This document shows, in pieces, positions 1 to 9,020 of a stretch of DNA of 32,000 nt (position 1 is its first letter; each line of letters starts with the position of its first letter). Both the position numbers and the translations under genes were made by a program. Source of the DNA: Candidatus Nitrospira inopinata (GTDB taxonomy: Bacteria; Nitrospirota; Nitrospiria; Nitrospirales; Nitrospiraceae); the NCBI RefSeq assembly GCF_001458695.1, contig NZ_LN885086.1, positions 540,001 through 572,000 on the forward strand. The letters run 5' to 3'. Under the pieces are notes generated by a model. It was not told where the DNA came from, did not search any database, and saw only the letters and a list, made by a program, of their open reading frames with translations.

Positions 1-2
1 CG

Positions 3-347
3 GTGGGGATCTGGGGTCCCGTGGCGCTTGTGTCGGCGTTGTACTTGGCGACCTCGCTGCTGACGGAGGCCATGTCGAACAACGCCACCGCCGCACTGCT
101 TGCGCCCATCGCCATCGCCGCGGCTCAATCGATGAACCTCAACCCGCGCCCGTTCCTGATGGCCATTACCTTCGCTGCCTCGGCGAGTTTTATGACTCCC
201 GTCGGCTATCAAACAAATACGCTGATCTATGGACCGGGCCGATACACGTTCGCAGATTTTGTTCGCGTCGGCACGCCGCTGAACATCCTCTTTTGGATCT
301 TGGCCACGTTGCTGATTCCGGTCTTTTGGCCGTTTCAGCCGGCGTGA
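3..347 (+). CDS. C-terminal fragment of an SLC13/DASS-type (CitT/ArsB-fold) anion permease; the 5' end lies outside the window
   Basis: The ORF is open at the window edge and consists of hydrophobic helices. The motif [13 protein letters not shown]...[18 protein letters not shown] is typical of the second re-entrant hairpin of this permease family (recognised from memory). Confidence 0.6.
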   Translation: MGIWGPVALVSALYLATSLLTEAMSNNATAALLAPIAIAAAQSMNLNPRPFLMAITFAASASFMTPVGYQTNTLIYGPGRYTFADFVRVGTPLNILFWILATLLIPVFWPFQPA

Positions 348-429
348 GCGAAGTCGTCCGCATGGAAAGACATCACGGCCTCTCTGGAAATGGAGAACGC
401 GCCATTTTGCTCAACAACGGGAGAGACAC

Positions 430-1326
430 ATGAATGTTTTGCAGGAACTCTGGGGCTTGATGAAAGGATGGTTCAACGCTCCGCTGTTCGAAATCGGCAC
501 GGCCCCCGTCACCCTATGGACGATCGCTTCCTTGGTCGTACTGTTCATCCTTCTCCTTTGGTCCACCCGGAAGCTCAAAAACTGGATCGTCCTGACGCTC
601 CTCGCCAACAGCAAAATCGACATCGGTGTCCGGCAAGCCACCGGCTCGATCGTCCGCTACACCGTCATCGCCATCGGCTTCGTCGTGATTCTCCAATCGG
701 TCGGCATCGACCTCAGTACGATCACGGTCCTGGCCGGCGCATTGGGGATCGGCGTCGGCTTCGGCCTGCAAACGATCACCAACAATTTGGTCAGCGGCCT
801 GATCCTTCTGTTCGAACGGCCGATCAAGATCGGCGACCGCATCGAGGTGGGACAGATCACGGGAGACGTCGTGGACATCTCGGCCCGCGCCACGACGGTC
901 ATCACCAACGATAACATCGCGATCATCATTCCCAACGCCGAGTTCATCAGCTCCAAAGTGATCAATTGGAGCTATACGACCAGGGACGTGCGATTCAACT
1001 TCCCCGTGCGGGTTTCTTATCGAGAAGATCCGGAACGGATACGCCGCCTCTTACTGGAGGTGGCACACAGTCATCCCGGAGTGCTCAAAGAGAGGAAACC
1101 GGACGTGCTGTTTCAGGAGTTTGGAGAGAGTTCGCTGCAGTTCATCCTCCGCGTGTGGACACGGGACTACACCGACCGTCCCGGCGTGCTCCGAAGCGAG
1201 CTGTATTACGCCATCAGCAAAACATTCCGCGAGCACGGCATCGAGATTCCTTATCCGCAACACGACATCCACATCAAGGACGGCAGTCTGACGGTCATGA
1301 CGCCCGAGCCGCCGACTTCGTCCTAA
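430..1326 (+). CDS. MscS-family small-conductance mechanosensitive channel
   Basis: SD GGAGAG lies 4 nt upstream of ATG 430. N-terminal TM helices are followed by the MscS pore/beta-domain signature LQTITNNLVSGLILLFERPIKIGDRIEVG..GDVVDISARATTVITNDNIAIIIPNAEF. Confidence 0.85.
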   Translation: MNVLQELWGLMKGWFNAPLFEIGTAPVTLWTIASLVVLFILLLWSTRKLKNWIVLTLLANSKIDIGVRQATGSIVRYTVIAIGFVVILQSVGIDLSTITVLAGALGIGVGFGLQTITNNLVSGLILLFERPIKIGDRIEVGQITGDVVDISARATTVITNDNIAIIIPNAEFISSKVINWSYTTRDVRFNFPVRVSYREDPERIRRLLLEVAHSHPGVLKERKPDVLFQEFGESSLQFILRVWTRDYTDRPGVLRSELYYAISKTFREHGIEIPYPQHDIHIKDGSLTVMTPEPPTSS

Positions 1327-1431
1327 GGAGCCGGAGCGCGCAGGGGCGACTCCCCTTTCACTCGCCACGGACGATCGGTGGACAATCGATAGGCGGAAAG
1401 TGCGGGGACCCGATTCCGCCAGGGGAACGGC

Positions 1432-2715
1432 TCAGCGGGCGACGCGCACGGCCCTGACGATCTTGGCGCCCTTGACCTGTTCCAAAAATCGCTCCGTCGG
1501 AACGGACAGATGCATGACCTGCACTTCCTGCCATCCTTCGTTGACCGCCCCTTTGCGGCCGTGCATCTCGTTCACCCACTGGTCAATGTGCTCTTCGGTA
1601 GTGCCTTCGTTGAAATTGACCCAGAAGAGAAACGGCTGGGACATCGCTTGCGCATCGCTCGACGCCGACTGATCATTCGACTGTTGGGCCGTCATGATGG
1701 TTTCCTGCTGCGGCATGGCGCCTTTCGAGACATCGACCTCCGTGGCCTTCAGTCGTTTCATGAGATCCTTGTTCTGCTCGACCAATCCGGCCATTTCTTT
1801 GGACAGCCGCTCATTGGCCACGGTCAAACTGCGGATTTCGGCCTCGAGTTGCTGGTCCATTTGCGTTTGACTGATGAGCAACTCCGCCATCCGCTCGACA
1901 TCACGCCCGCTTTTCTTTTGCCGCTGTTCGATTTCCCGCCTCACCGTCACCATGCCGGATGCGACGGTTTCCTGAGCGGACGACAATCGGGCGATCGCCG
2001 ATTGCAACTCGACCATGCCTCGCTGCTGAGACTGGACGGTGCTCACGGCTTCGGCTTGTACCCTTGCGAGGGTATCGATTCGCTGTTCGAGCTTTGTCGC
2101 TTCGGCCCGCGTGACGGCCAGAGAGGAGCGTTCTCCGTTCATCCAGTCACTGAATCGATCGGCCGCCAACCAAAGAACCACGATCGCCAGCGCGACCTGT
2201 GTCACAATGGCGACGCGGGCTGAAACAGTCGTAGTCTCAAACGGACGGAGGGGCGAGGCTCCGACCATCGCTCTCACGAACCGACGCCATGGATCAGGTG
2301 CGGGATGGTACACGGCGCTCACCGACCCGCCTCGAGCAGTGTTGTGGATAGAGAGCTCGACCGAGTCCCGCCGCAGAGGAACGCGGGCGAACCGAACTCC
2401 CTGCTCAGGCGCCGAAAGTCCTCCAAGGAGGACGCCGTCTTCCGATCGGAGCCCGACGTGATCCACGCGGCCTTGGCAGTGGAACCGAACGACTGCTTCC
2501 GCCTCTTTTCCGCTCAACCATCCGACACGCTGCTCGTTCACAAAGACCTGAATCGGATGGTCCCGCATTTCATCGGATGGGCCGCAGGTTGAACGGAGAG
2601 CCCCTTCCTCCAGCCTCTTGAGCAAGCTCGCCCGATAGTCGTCGAGATCTTGATTCTGTTCCATGGCATCCTCCATGGCCTCCTGACGCACGTTCCTTCC
2701 TTCCCTCCTACGCAT
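1432..2715 (-). CDS. Hypothetical single-pass membrane protein: ~170-aa cytoplasmic N-domain, one TM helix (VAIVTQVALAIVVLWLAA), a long coiled coil and a small C-terminal domain. Likely co-transcribed partner of the upstream sigma-like gene
   Basis: Long ORF starting 12 nt after the stop of the upstream gene on the same strand. Heptad-like Q/E/L/R-rich stretch (LEQRIDTLARVQAEAV...LEAEIRSLTVANERLSKEMAGLVEQNKDLMKRLK). The start is ambiguous: ATG 2715, 2676 or 2664. The last has GGAGG 5 nt upstream. Confidence 0.6.
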   Translation of the reverse strand: MRRREGRNVRQEAMEDAMEQNQDLDDYRASLLKRLEEGALRSTCGPSDEMRDHPIQVFVNEQRVGWLSGKEAEAVVRFHCQGRVDHVGLRSEDGVLLGGLSAPEQGVRFARVPLRRDSVELSIHNTARGGSVSAVYHPAPDPWRRFVRAMVGASPLRPFETTTVSARVAIVTQVALAIVVLWLAADRFSDWMNGERSSLAVTRAEATKLEQRIDTLARVQAEAVSTVQSQQRGMVELQSAIARLSSAQETVASGMVTVRREIEQRQKKSGRDVERMAELLISQTQMDQQLEAEIRSLTVANERLSKEMAGLVEQNKDLMKRLKATEVDVSKGAMPQQETIMTAQQSNDQSASSDAQAMSQPFLFWVNFNEGTTEEHIDQWVNEMHGRKGAVNEGWQEVQVMHLSVPTERFLEQVKGAKIVRAVRVAR

Positions 2716-2727
2716 AAACTTCTCGGC

Positions 2728-3609
2728 TCACGGCCGCACCCGTATGTCCAGCTTCGGCTTTTCGATAGTCAGGGTTTTCGTCCTTCCAAGCCCCCACGCT
2801 ATCTGAATGCAATCGACACACAGTCCCAGATGCCACAGCCGATAGTCGCAGCCGTATCCCTCAGAAAACATGGATTCCCATTCCCTGCGCGAGAGACAGG
2901 GATAGTGATCCGGCTCGCTTTTCCGATAATGGTCTTGAGCTAATCGGATGATTCGCTCGGCCTCGTGGTTCAACTGCTGGCGAGACCGCTCTGCTCTGGC
3001 GATCAGCCCTCCCAACTCATCGTCGGTCATGCCGATTTCTTCCATCGTCCGTCGCCATCCTGATTCCCGCCAGCGGCGGAAGTTTTTGTAAATGCGCTGG
3101 CCTTCCGACTCGGTCAGGCCTGTCACCGAGATAACGTCCCGCGGCCCCATGCCGTAGCAATGGTAGTACAGCGCGATCAGCGCGTCCCGGCTGATCACCG
3201 CCCGCGCCGCAAGCCCGTCAAGAAACCGTCCCAGCACGGTGAGCAGCCCCGTGTGATAGCAAAACGGTTCCGGCCGGCTGTGCTCCTTTGCCACGAACGA
3301 ATCAAGCAAAAACAACGGGCGACAGGGCACCTCGCTGCGTCCATAGACCATGAATCGTTCCAGATATTCCGCGCTCCAGCGGAGCACGAATTTCTCATGG
3401 GCCGTGTCCTCGTTCCACTGGCCGGTTTCCTTGAGAAACCGCCTCGTGTGGTTTCTTGTCCTCTCAAGCAGAATCGGCAGGGCTTGCGAGACAAGCCGAT
3501 CGAACTCCTCCGGAGTTGATACGGCCTCTTCGAGTCGGCCGAAAGCCGCTGTGCGGTCGGACATGGTCTGTTCCCCGCCGTCGATGAACTTTGGGACTAT
3601 GATATTCAT
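2728..3609 (-). CDS. Divergent ECF-sigma-like protein with a C-terminally fused zinc anti-sigma (ZAS, HLxxCxxC) motif
   Basis: GGAGG lies 4 nt upstream of ATG 3609. There is a region-2-like stretch (EEFDRLVSQALPILLERTRNHTRRFL...DTAHEKFVLRWSAEYLERF) and a region-4-like HTH (ALIALYYHCYGMGPRDVISVTGLTESEGQRIYKNFRRWRE). The C-terminal PC-x21-HLGLCVDC occupies codons 2809-2832 and matches the C...HxxxCxxC pattern of RsrA-type anti-sigma domains. The functional call is inference from weak motifs. Confidence 0.5.
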   Translation of the reverse strand: MNIIVPKFIDGGEQTMSDRTAAFGRLEEAVSTPEEFDRLVSQALPILLERTRNHTRRFLKETGQWNEDTAHEKFVLRWSAEYLERFMVYGRSEVPCRPLFLLDSFVAKEHSRPEPFCYHTGLLTVLGRFLDGLAARAVISRDALIALYYHCYGMGPRDVISVTGLTESEGQRIYKNFRRWRESGWRRTMEEIGMTDDELGGLIARAERSRQQLNHEAERIIRLAQDHYRKSEPDHYPCLSRREWESMFSEGYGCDYRLWHLGLCVDCIQIAWGLGRTKTLTIEKPKLDIRVRP

Positions 3610-3637
3610 GACGCCTCCGCTCGGAAAGATGCCGCAT

Positions 3638-3674
3638 TGGACAAATGTTCACGATCCCGGCGGACTTTTGTCCA
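3638..3674. promoter_or_regulatory. Inverted repeat TGGACAAA-N21-TTTGTCCA in the divergent intergenic region; candidate operator
   Basis: Perfect 8-bp arms at 3638-3645 and 3667-3674, read directly from the sequence. It lies between the sigma-like gene (minus strand) and the small peptide gene (plus strand). On the minus strand it overlaps a GTGAAC-N17-TCTTTC element that resembles ECF -35/-10 spacing. Confidence 0.25.
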
Positions 3675-3771
3675 TTGCCCGCTCCGCCGTGTGATCGGTA
3701 AAAGTGACGTCCACATCGTGCCATCGCAGATGGCCATTCATCACTCCTACACCTAACCCATGGAGGGTATC

Positions 3772-3939
3772 ATGAACCGTTCGAGCGGATTCTTGGCGTT
3801 GGCGGCATTTCTTTCATTCAGCCTGATCGCTCCCTTGTCGTTTGCCGGTGAGGAAGAAAAGAAAGAAGAAAAGAAGGGCGGCCACGTGGTGGTGTTGAGC
3901 GACGACAAGCAGGATGAAAAGAAGGAAGGCGGGAAGTAG
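3772..3939 (+). CDS. Small secreted peptide (55 aa): signal peptide followed by a 29-aa Lys/Glu-rich mature part
   Basis: Below the ORF-track cutoff; translated by hand as MNRSSGFLALAAFLSFSLIAPLSFA|GEEEKKEEKKGGHVVVLSDDKQDEKKEGGK. GGAGGG lies 4 nt upstream of ATG 3772. An in-frame ATG at 3760 is also possible. A strong hairpin terminator follows 15 nt after the stop. Confidence 0.45.
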   Translation: MNRSSGFLALAAFLSFSLIAPLSFAGEEEKKEEKKGGHVVVLSDDKQDEKKEGGK

Positions 3940-3953
3940 GTCTTGGCGGACCG

Positions 3954-3985
3954 GAGAGACGCGGCCGACGGCCGCGTCTCTCTTT
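3954..3985. terminator. Intrinsic terminator hairpin between the convergent small peptide gene and hypE
   Basis: GAGAGACGCGGCC (3954-3966), loop GAC, GGCCGCGTCTCTC (3970-3982): a perfect 13-bp GC-rich stem followed by TTT on the plus strand. There is no T-run in the minus direction, so termination of the hyp operon here is less certain. Confidence 0.6.
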
Positions 3986-4011
3986 CACGAAGATGCCACC
4001 ACGGCAAGTCC

Positions 4012-5067
4012 TCAGCAGATTCTCGGTAACTGTTCACCCGACAACAGGTCCAAGATCCGATTCGTCCCGACCACCGTCCGCAGAATCACCGGCGGTGAAC
4101 GGCGATCCGAGACCGAACCAATCAGAGCCGCCTTTCCAGACACCGCATGCCTTCGCATCACAGCCAGTGCCGGCTCAATCTGTGATGCCGGCACCATCGC
4201 GACAAATCGTCCTTCGTTCGCCACGTACAGAGGATCGAGGCCCAACAGTTCACAGGCCCCACGCACCGGGTCAAGGACGGGGATAGCCATTTCGTCAATC
4301 ACAATGCCGACCCCGGCCGCTTCAGCAATTTCATTCAAGGCGGAGGCCAATCCACCGCGCGTCAGGTCCCGCAGACAATGAATCTCGACACCACTGACAA
4401 TTAGATCTTCCACAACCCCATGCAACGGCGCTGAATCACTCTGCACCTCACCGGCAAACGCCAGTCCCTCCCGCACGCTCAACACGGCCACACCATGGGA
4501 ACCCACGTCGCCACTGATCAGGATCGCGTCTCCAGGCTGAACCATTTGGGGTGAGAGACAAACACCGGGCGGCACCACACCGATCCCAGCCGTATTGATG
4601 AAGATGCCGTCGCCCTTCCCCCGATCGACGACCTTCGTATCTCCGGTGATGATCGACACCCCGGCCGCCCGCGCCGCCTCGGCCATCGACGTCACGACCT
4701 GACGAAGGACATCCAGACTCAGACCCTCCTCCAGAATAAATCCTGCGCTCAGGTACAACGGCTTGGCCCCGCACATGGCGAGATCGTTGACCGTGCCATA
4801 AACCGCAAGCCTGCCGATGTCACCGCCTGGAAAGAACAAGGGACGCACCACATAGGAATCAGTCGTGAAGGCCAGCGTGCCCTTCTCCACCGGCCACGTA
4901 GCGCCATCGTGCAAGAGGGAGAGCAGGGGATTATCAAAGGCATGGACGAACACCTCTTGAATCAGATCACGCATCAGGCGGCCTCCGCCGCCATGGGCCA
5001 ATTGAACGGTTTTTTTTTCGATAGCCGGCAAGGGACAGGATGGTTCAAAAGATGTGTCGTTCATCAT
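4012..5067 (-). CDS. hypE: Hydrogenase maturation protein HypE (carbamoyl dehydratase, AIR-synthase fold)
   Basis: Contains N-terminal LAHGGGG and PurM-like repeats. The diagnostic C-terminal PRIC motif ends the protein (..GEQLPRIC*). Confidence 0.95.
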   Translation of the reverse strand: MMNDTSFEPSCPLPAIEKKTVQLAHGGGGRLMRDLIQEVFVHAFDNPLLSLLHDGATWPVEKGTLAFTTDSYVVRPLFFPGGDIGRLAVYGTVNDLAMCGAKPLYLSAGFILEEGLSLDVLRQVVTSMAEAARAAGVSIITGDTKVVDRGKGDGIFINTAGIGVVPPGVCLSPQMVQPGDAILISGDVGSHGVAVLSVREGLAFAGEVQSDSAPLHGVVEDLIVSGVEIHCLRDLTRGGLASALNEIAEAAGVGIVIDEMAIPVLDPVRGACELLGLDPLYVANEGRFVAMVPASQIEPALAVMRRHAVSGKAALIGSVSDRRSPPVILRTVVGTNRILDLLSGEQLPRIC

Positions 5068-5238
5068 GATCGTCTCTCATTGGACGGGTGAGAGGCCCAC
5101 AATTCTGCCCGTGAGCGACAGTTGCCAGCTCCCGGTTGTCAGCTCATCACAATTCAAGGCTCCTCACCCCGTTTAAAGCTCGTCACCATTTGAAACTGAG
5201 AACGTGGAACTGACACCTTCTTGTCTTCTGCTTGCCGC

Positions 5239-6345
5239 TCACCCGGCGCCGCTTTTCCTGTAGCGATAATAGGCGGAGCAGGCCCCTTCGCTCGACACCA
5301 TCGGCGCGCCCAACGGCCTCTCCGGCGTGCACCTCGTGCCGAAGGCGGGACAGTCTGGTGGTTTGAGCAGACCTTGCAACACCAGGCCGCTCTGACACTC
5401 CGGATGTTCTTGCGCGGCCGGCCCATACTGAGCCAGCACGTCGCGAAACCGCACCGTCGCGTCGAATTCCGCATAGGCCGACTTGATGCGGAGCCCGCTT
5501 CGGGGAATCTCACCGATGCCCCGCCAGATACGTGATGACGGCTCAAATACCTCATCCACAACAGCTTGGGCCTGTCGATTCCCCTCACGGCTCACCGAGC
5601 GCACATATTGGTTCTCAACTTCGGCCCGGCCTTCTTCCAACTGGCCGACCACCATCGCGATCCCCTCCAACACATCCACCGGCTCAAACCCCGTCACGAC
5701 GATGGGCACTCGATATCGCGCCGCAATGGCCTCATAGTCTTCGTAGCCCATGACCGTACACACGTGACCGGCAGCCAGAAACCCCTGAATGCGATTCTGC
5801 GGAGAGGACAGGATCGCCTCCATCGCCGGAGGGACCAGCACATGGGCGACCAGCAGGCTGAAATTGGGAAGGCCCATCGTTTTGGCTTGGACCACCGCCA
5901 TCGCCCACGGGGGCGCGGTGGTCTCGAATCCCACCGCAAAACAGACAACCTGCCGATGAGGATTCACGCGAGCCAGTTCCAGTGCATCCAGCGGCGAATA
6001 GATGATCCGCACATCCGCCCCCTCCGCCTTGGCACCGAAAAGGTCGCCCTGTGAACCAGGCACCCGCAACATGTCGCCAAACGAACAGAGAATCACACCC
6101 GGTTGCCGCGCCAGCCGGACCGCGTCATCGATCAAGCTGACCGGCGTGACACAGACCGGACACCCAGGCCCATGGACAAGCGTGAGGTTCTTGGGCAACA
6201 GTTCGTCCAGGCCGAACCGCACGATCGAATGGGTCTGTCCCCCGCAGACCTCCATGATCGTCCAGGGTCGGCTGACCGTCTTCTTGATCCGCTCCGCGAG
6301 CGCCGTTACCACGGCGCGATCGCGAAATTCATCGACGTATTTCAC
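5239..6345 (-). CDS. hypD: Hydrogenase maturation protein HypD (Fe-S scaffold)
   Basis: Starts MKYVDEFRD. Contains the [14 protein letters not shown] and FETTAP motifs and the C-terminal Cys cluster ([22 protein letters not shown]). Confidence 0.95.
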   Translation of the reverse strand: MKYVDEFRDRAVVTALAERIKKTVSRPWTIMEVCGGQTHSIVRFGLDELLPKNLTLVHGPGCPVCVTPVSLIDDAVRLARQPGVILCSFGDMLRVPGSQGDLFGAKAEGADVRIIYSPLDALELARVNPHRQVVCFAVGFETTAPPWAMAVVQAKTMGLPNFSLLVAHVLVPPAMEAILSSPQNRIQGFLAAGHVCTVMGYEDYEAIAARYRVPIVVTGFEPVDVLEGIAMVVGQLEEGRAEVENQYVRSVSREGNRQAQAVVDEVFEPSSRIWRGIGEIPRSGLRIKSAYAEFDATVRFRDVLAQYGPAAQEHPECQSGLVLQGLLKPPDCPAFGTRCTPERPLGAPMVSSEGACSAYYRYRKSGAG

Positions 6346-6377
6346 CTGGATTTCACACCCCCTCTTCCTGTAGCAGA

Positions 6378-6635
6378 TTACTGCTCTTCCCCTTCCACTC
6401 TGTCTTTCACTTCCATCGCTGCCAGCTCGGCATAGGCCTCCAACGTCCGCCTGGCCTCTTCTTCATTGAGCCTGCTGATCGCGAAGCCGACGTGCACCAT
6501 CACGTAATCGCCGACGGTGGCATCAGGCACGAGCGCCAATGAGACGGTTTTCGTCACGCCGCCGAATGAGACCGTGGCGGTGCGGAGCGGATCATCGGCG
6601 ATCTGCAAGACCTGTCCGGGAACCGCAAGACACAT
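6378..6635 (-). CDS. hypC: Hydrogenase assembly chaperone HypC
   Basis: Has the canonical N-terminus MCLAVPGQV, with the essential Cys directly after Met. ATG 6635 is preferred over the GTG at 6638 used by the ORF track. AAGGGG lies 7 nt upstream. It begins directly after the hypF stop (6639-6641). Confidence 0.9.
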   Translation of the reverse strand: MCLAVPGQVLQIADDPLRTATVSFGGVTKTVSLALVPDATVGDYVMVHVGFAISRLNEEEARRTLEAYAELAAMEVKDRVEGEEQ

Positions 6636-6638
6636 CAC

Positions 6639-9020
6639 TTACCCCTTTCGTTCACGATGCCCATCACGAACCTGACAGGCAGCGACCACCGCCTGCCCCA
6701 CCGACAACCCCCCATCGTTGGGCGGCACCAGTCGATGGCGATAGACCGTCAAATCGGCTTTTTCTAACCCCTGTCGGGCCAAGGACAGCAACAGCCCGTT
6801 CTGAAAGCAGCCGCCGGTCAGGACAACACGAGGGAGCCCCGCTGCTCGTGCAACGTGCACCATGGCATCGACCAATCCGCTATGAAATCGAGCCGCAATC
6901 CGTTCGGGACTCACCCCCTGCTGAAGATCCCGTACCACCTCACTCACCATGGGACGCCAATCAACCATTAGGCGGTTCTCGCCCGCATCGGTCTTTACAA
7001 CTTCGAAAGAATAGGCCCCCGTCTCTCCGCATGCTTGCCCCCGTTCCGCCGCATATTCGACCGCCATCGCCGCCTGGCCCTCAAAGGAAGGATGGTGGCA
7101 CAGACCGGTCAGCGAAGCGATGGCATCGAACAGCCGCCCCATACTCGTCGTCCAGGGTGAGACGACATTGGATGTAAGCAGAGCTGCCAGCCGTTCACGC
7201 TCCATAGCCGTCACCTGCCATGAGGGGAGCCGGCGAGCCGGCATCTGTTCACCCATCAGGTCCCACAACAACGAAGCAGCGGATCGTGTCGGCTCCTTCA
7301 CGGCCGCCTCTCCTCCCGGCAGTCGAAAGGGTCGGAGATGAGCAAACCGCTCAAACCTGTCGAGCGTGACGATCAGGAATTCCCCACCCCACACGACCCC
7401 GTCCGTTCCATACCCCGCTCCATCCCAGGCGATGCCCAAGACCGGACCATCCAGTCCGTGCTCCGCCATGCAGGACACCACGTGGGCATGGTGGTGCTGA
7501 ACGGGAACCACCGGCACGGACAGCCGCGACGCCAGCTCACGGGCGAAGATTGACGAGCGATAATCGGGATGGAGATCACAGGCAATGAGTGTGGGAGTGA
7601 CGTCCAGCAACAGTTGAAGATCCTCGACCACTTGCCGGAAGGCATGGTCCGCCTCCAGGGTTGAGAGATCGCCAAGGTGTTGGCTCATCCACAGGCGATC
7701 CTGTTGGAGCAAGGCCACCGTATTTTTGAGATGCCCGCCAAGGGCAAGCACCGTTTCCTTTGTCCGATTGGCTTCCCCCCTTACACGGATGGGCCGCGGC
7801 GCATAGCCTCTGGCTCGGCGAAGGACCATGGTCGCATCGAGTCCGGCTCTTCTCCCTTCCTCAACACCCACCCGCACCACCGAGTCATCGACCGGTCTTG
7901 CGATCGGCCGATCATGGACCAGGAACGCATCGGCAATCCCGCCCAGTCGTCTCACCGCCTCTCGCTCGTCGGTCACGATCGGCTCCTCCGACCGGTTGCC
8001 ACTGGTCGCCACCATCGGTTGTCGGAGTTCCTGCATGAGCAGATGATGCAAGGGCGTCGTCGGCAAGAGGGCACCTATAAAGGGATTGCCCGGTGACACC
8101 GCCGGTGCCAGCTTACTCTCACACCGCCGTCGGACCAGGACGATCGGCGCCTGCGGCGAGAGGAGCAGTGCCTCCTCGTCCGGTGACAGAAGACAATGGT
8201 CCCGTATCCCCTCCAGCGACGGGAACAGCACGGCGAACGGTTTGTCCGGCCTCTGTTTTCTCACCCGCAGTCGCCGCACCGCCTCATCCGATCCGGCGTC
8301 CACCCACAGTTGAAACCCGCCCAGTCCCTTGATCGCGACGATGCGCCCTTCTCGGAGCAAGGCTCCCGCATGACTCAGCGCTTCTTCACCACGCTGGATC
8401 TCACGGCCTTGCTCGTCCCACAACGCCACCTGGGGTCCACAAGCGGGGCAGGCGATCGGCTCGGCATGAAAACGCCGACTCCCGACAGCGTCGTATTCGG
8501 CTTGGCAAGCGAAGCAGAGTGGAAAATCCTTCATCGTCGTGCGGCGCCGGTCATAGGGCATGTCGGTGAGAAGGCTATAGCGGGGACCACACTGGGTGCA
8601 GGTGATAAACGGATAGCGAAACCGGCGATCGGACGGATCGTTGAGTTCACGCAAGCACTCGGCGCAGACGGCCAAATCCGGCGGGATCACGAGAGCTCGG
8701 TGGCCATCCTCTTCGCTGGCATGAATGGAAAAATTCGTTTGATCACAGGGAGACATCTCTCGATAGGTGAGGGTCTCCACCAAGGCCGAAACAGGAGCGT
8801 CGGTCAGAAGGCGATGCCGAAACTGTTCGATAGAAGCCGCAGGTCCTTCCGTCTCTATCACCAGACCGTTCGTCGTATTGCGGACCCACCCCCCCAGATC
8901 CAACTCGCGGGCCAGACGATAGACAAAGGGACGAAACCCCACCCCCTGCACCGTTCCCTCCACCTCAATCCGAATCCGCCGAACCCGCCGCCTCGTCGCC
9001 TTGTTCCTGGCCACGGTCAT
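6639..9020 (-). CDS. hypF: Carbamoyltransferase HypF
   Basis: Contains an acylphosphatase domain (IEVEGTVQGVGFRPFVYRLA), two CxxC...CxxC zinc fingers (CAECLREL..CTQCGPRYS; CFACQAEY..CPACGP), then YrdC-like and Kae1-like domains. ATGA overlap with the hypA stop at 9017-9020. Confidence 0.95.
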   Translation of the reverse strand: MTVARNKATRRRVRRIRIEVEGTVQGVGFRPFVYRLARELDLGGWVRNTTNGLVIETEGPAASIEQFRHRLLTDAPVSALVETLTYREMSPCDQTNFSIHASEEDGHRALVIPPDLAVCAECLRELNDPSDRRFRYPFITCTQCGPRYSLLTDMPYDRRRTTMKDFPLCFACQAEYDAVGSRRFHAEPIACPACGPQVALWDEQGREIQRGEEALSHAGALLREGRIVAIKGLGGFQLWVDAGSDEAVRRLRVRKQRPDKPFAVLFPSLEGIRDHCLLSPDEEALLLSPQAPIVLVRRRCESKLAPAVSPGNPFIGALLPTTPLHHLLMQELRQPMVATSGNRSEEPIVTDEREAVRRLGGIADAFLVHDRPIARPVDDSVVRVGVEEGRRAGLDATMVLRRARGYAPRPIRVRGEANRTKETVLALGGHLKNTVALLQQDRLWMSQHLGDLSTLEADHAFRQVVEDLQLLLDVTPTLIACDLHPDYRSSIFARELASRLSVPVVPVQHHHAHVVSCMAEHGLDGPVLGIAWDGAGYGTDGVVWGGEFLIVTLDRFERFAHLRPFRLPGGEAAVKEPTRSAASLLWDLMGEQMPARRLPSWQVTAMERERLAALLTSNVVSPWTTSMGRLFDAIASLTGLCHHPSFEGQAAMAVEYAAERGQACGETGAYSFEVVKTDAGENRLMVDWRPMVSEVVRDLQQGVSPERIAARFHSGLVDAMVHVARAAGLPRVVLTGGCFQNGLLLSLARQGLEKADLTVYRHRLVPPNDGGLSVGQAVVAACQVRDGHRERKG

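Noticed and set aside
390-914. 174-aa plus-strand ORF overlapping the MscS gene in another frame.
   Set aside because: It is an Arg/His/Pro-rich nonsense translation. The 430-1326 frame has the MscS signature and a proper SD.
3753-4037. 94-aa minus-strand ORF from the track.
   Set aside because: Its Ser/Phe-rich low-complexity core is the mirror image of the Lys/Glu codons of the plus-strand peptide gene. It would span the 13-bp-stem terminator and overlap the hypE 3' end. The plus-strand small ORF has an SD, a signal peptide and a terminator.
5154-5588. 144-aa minus-strand ORF spanning the hypD-hypE gap that might have encoded a missing hyp gene.
   Set aside because: Most of it overlaps hypD out of frame and it is Arg-rich with no motif. 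The part inside the gap is too short for HypB and shows no P-loop.
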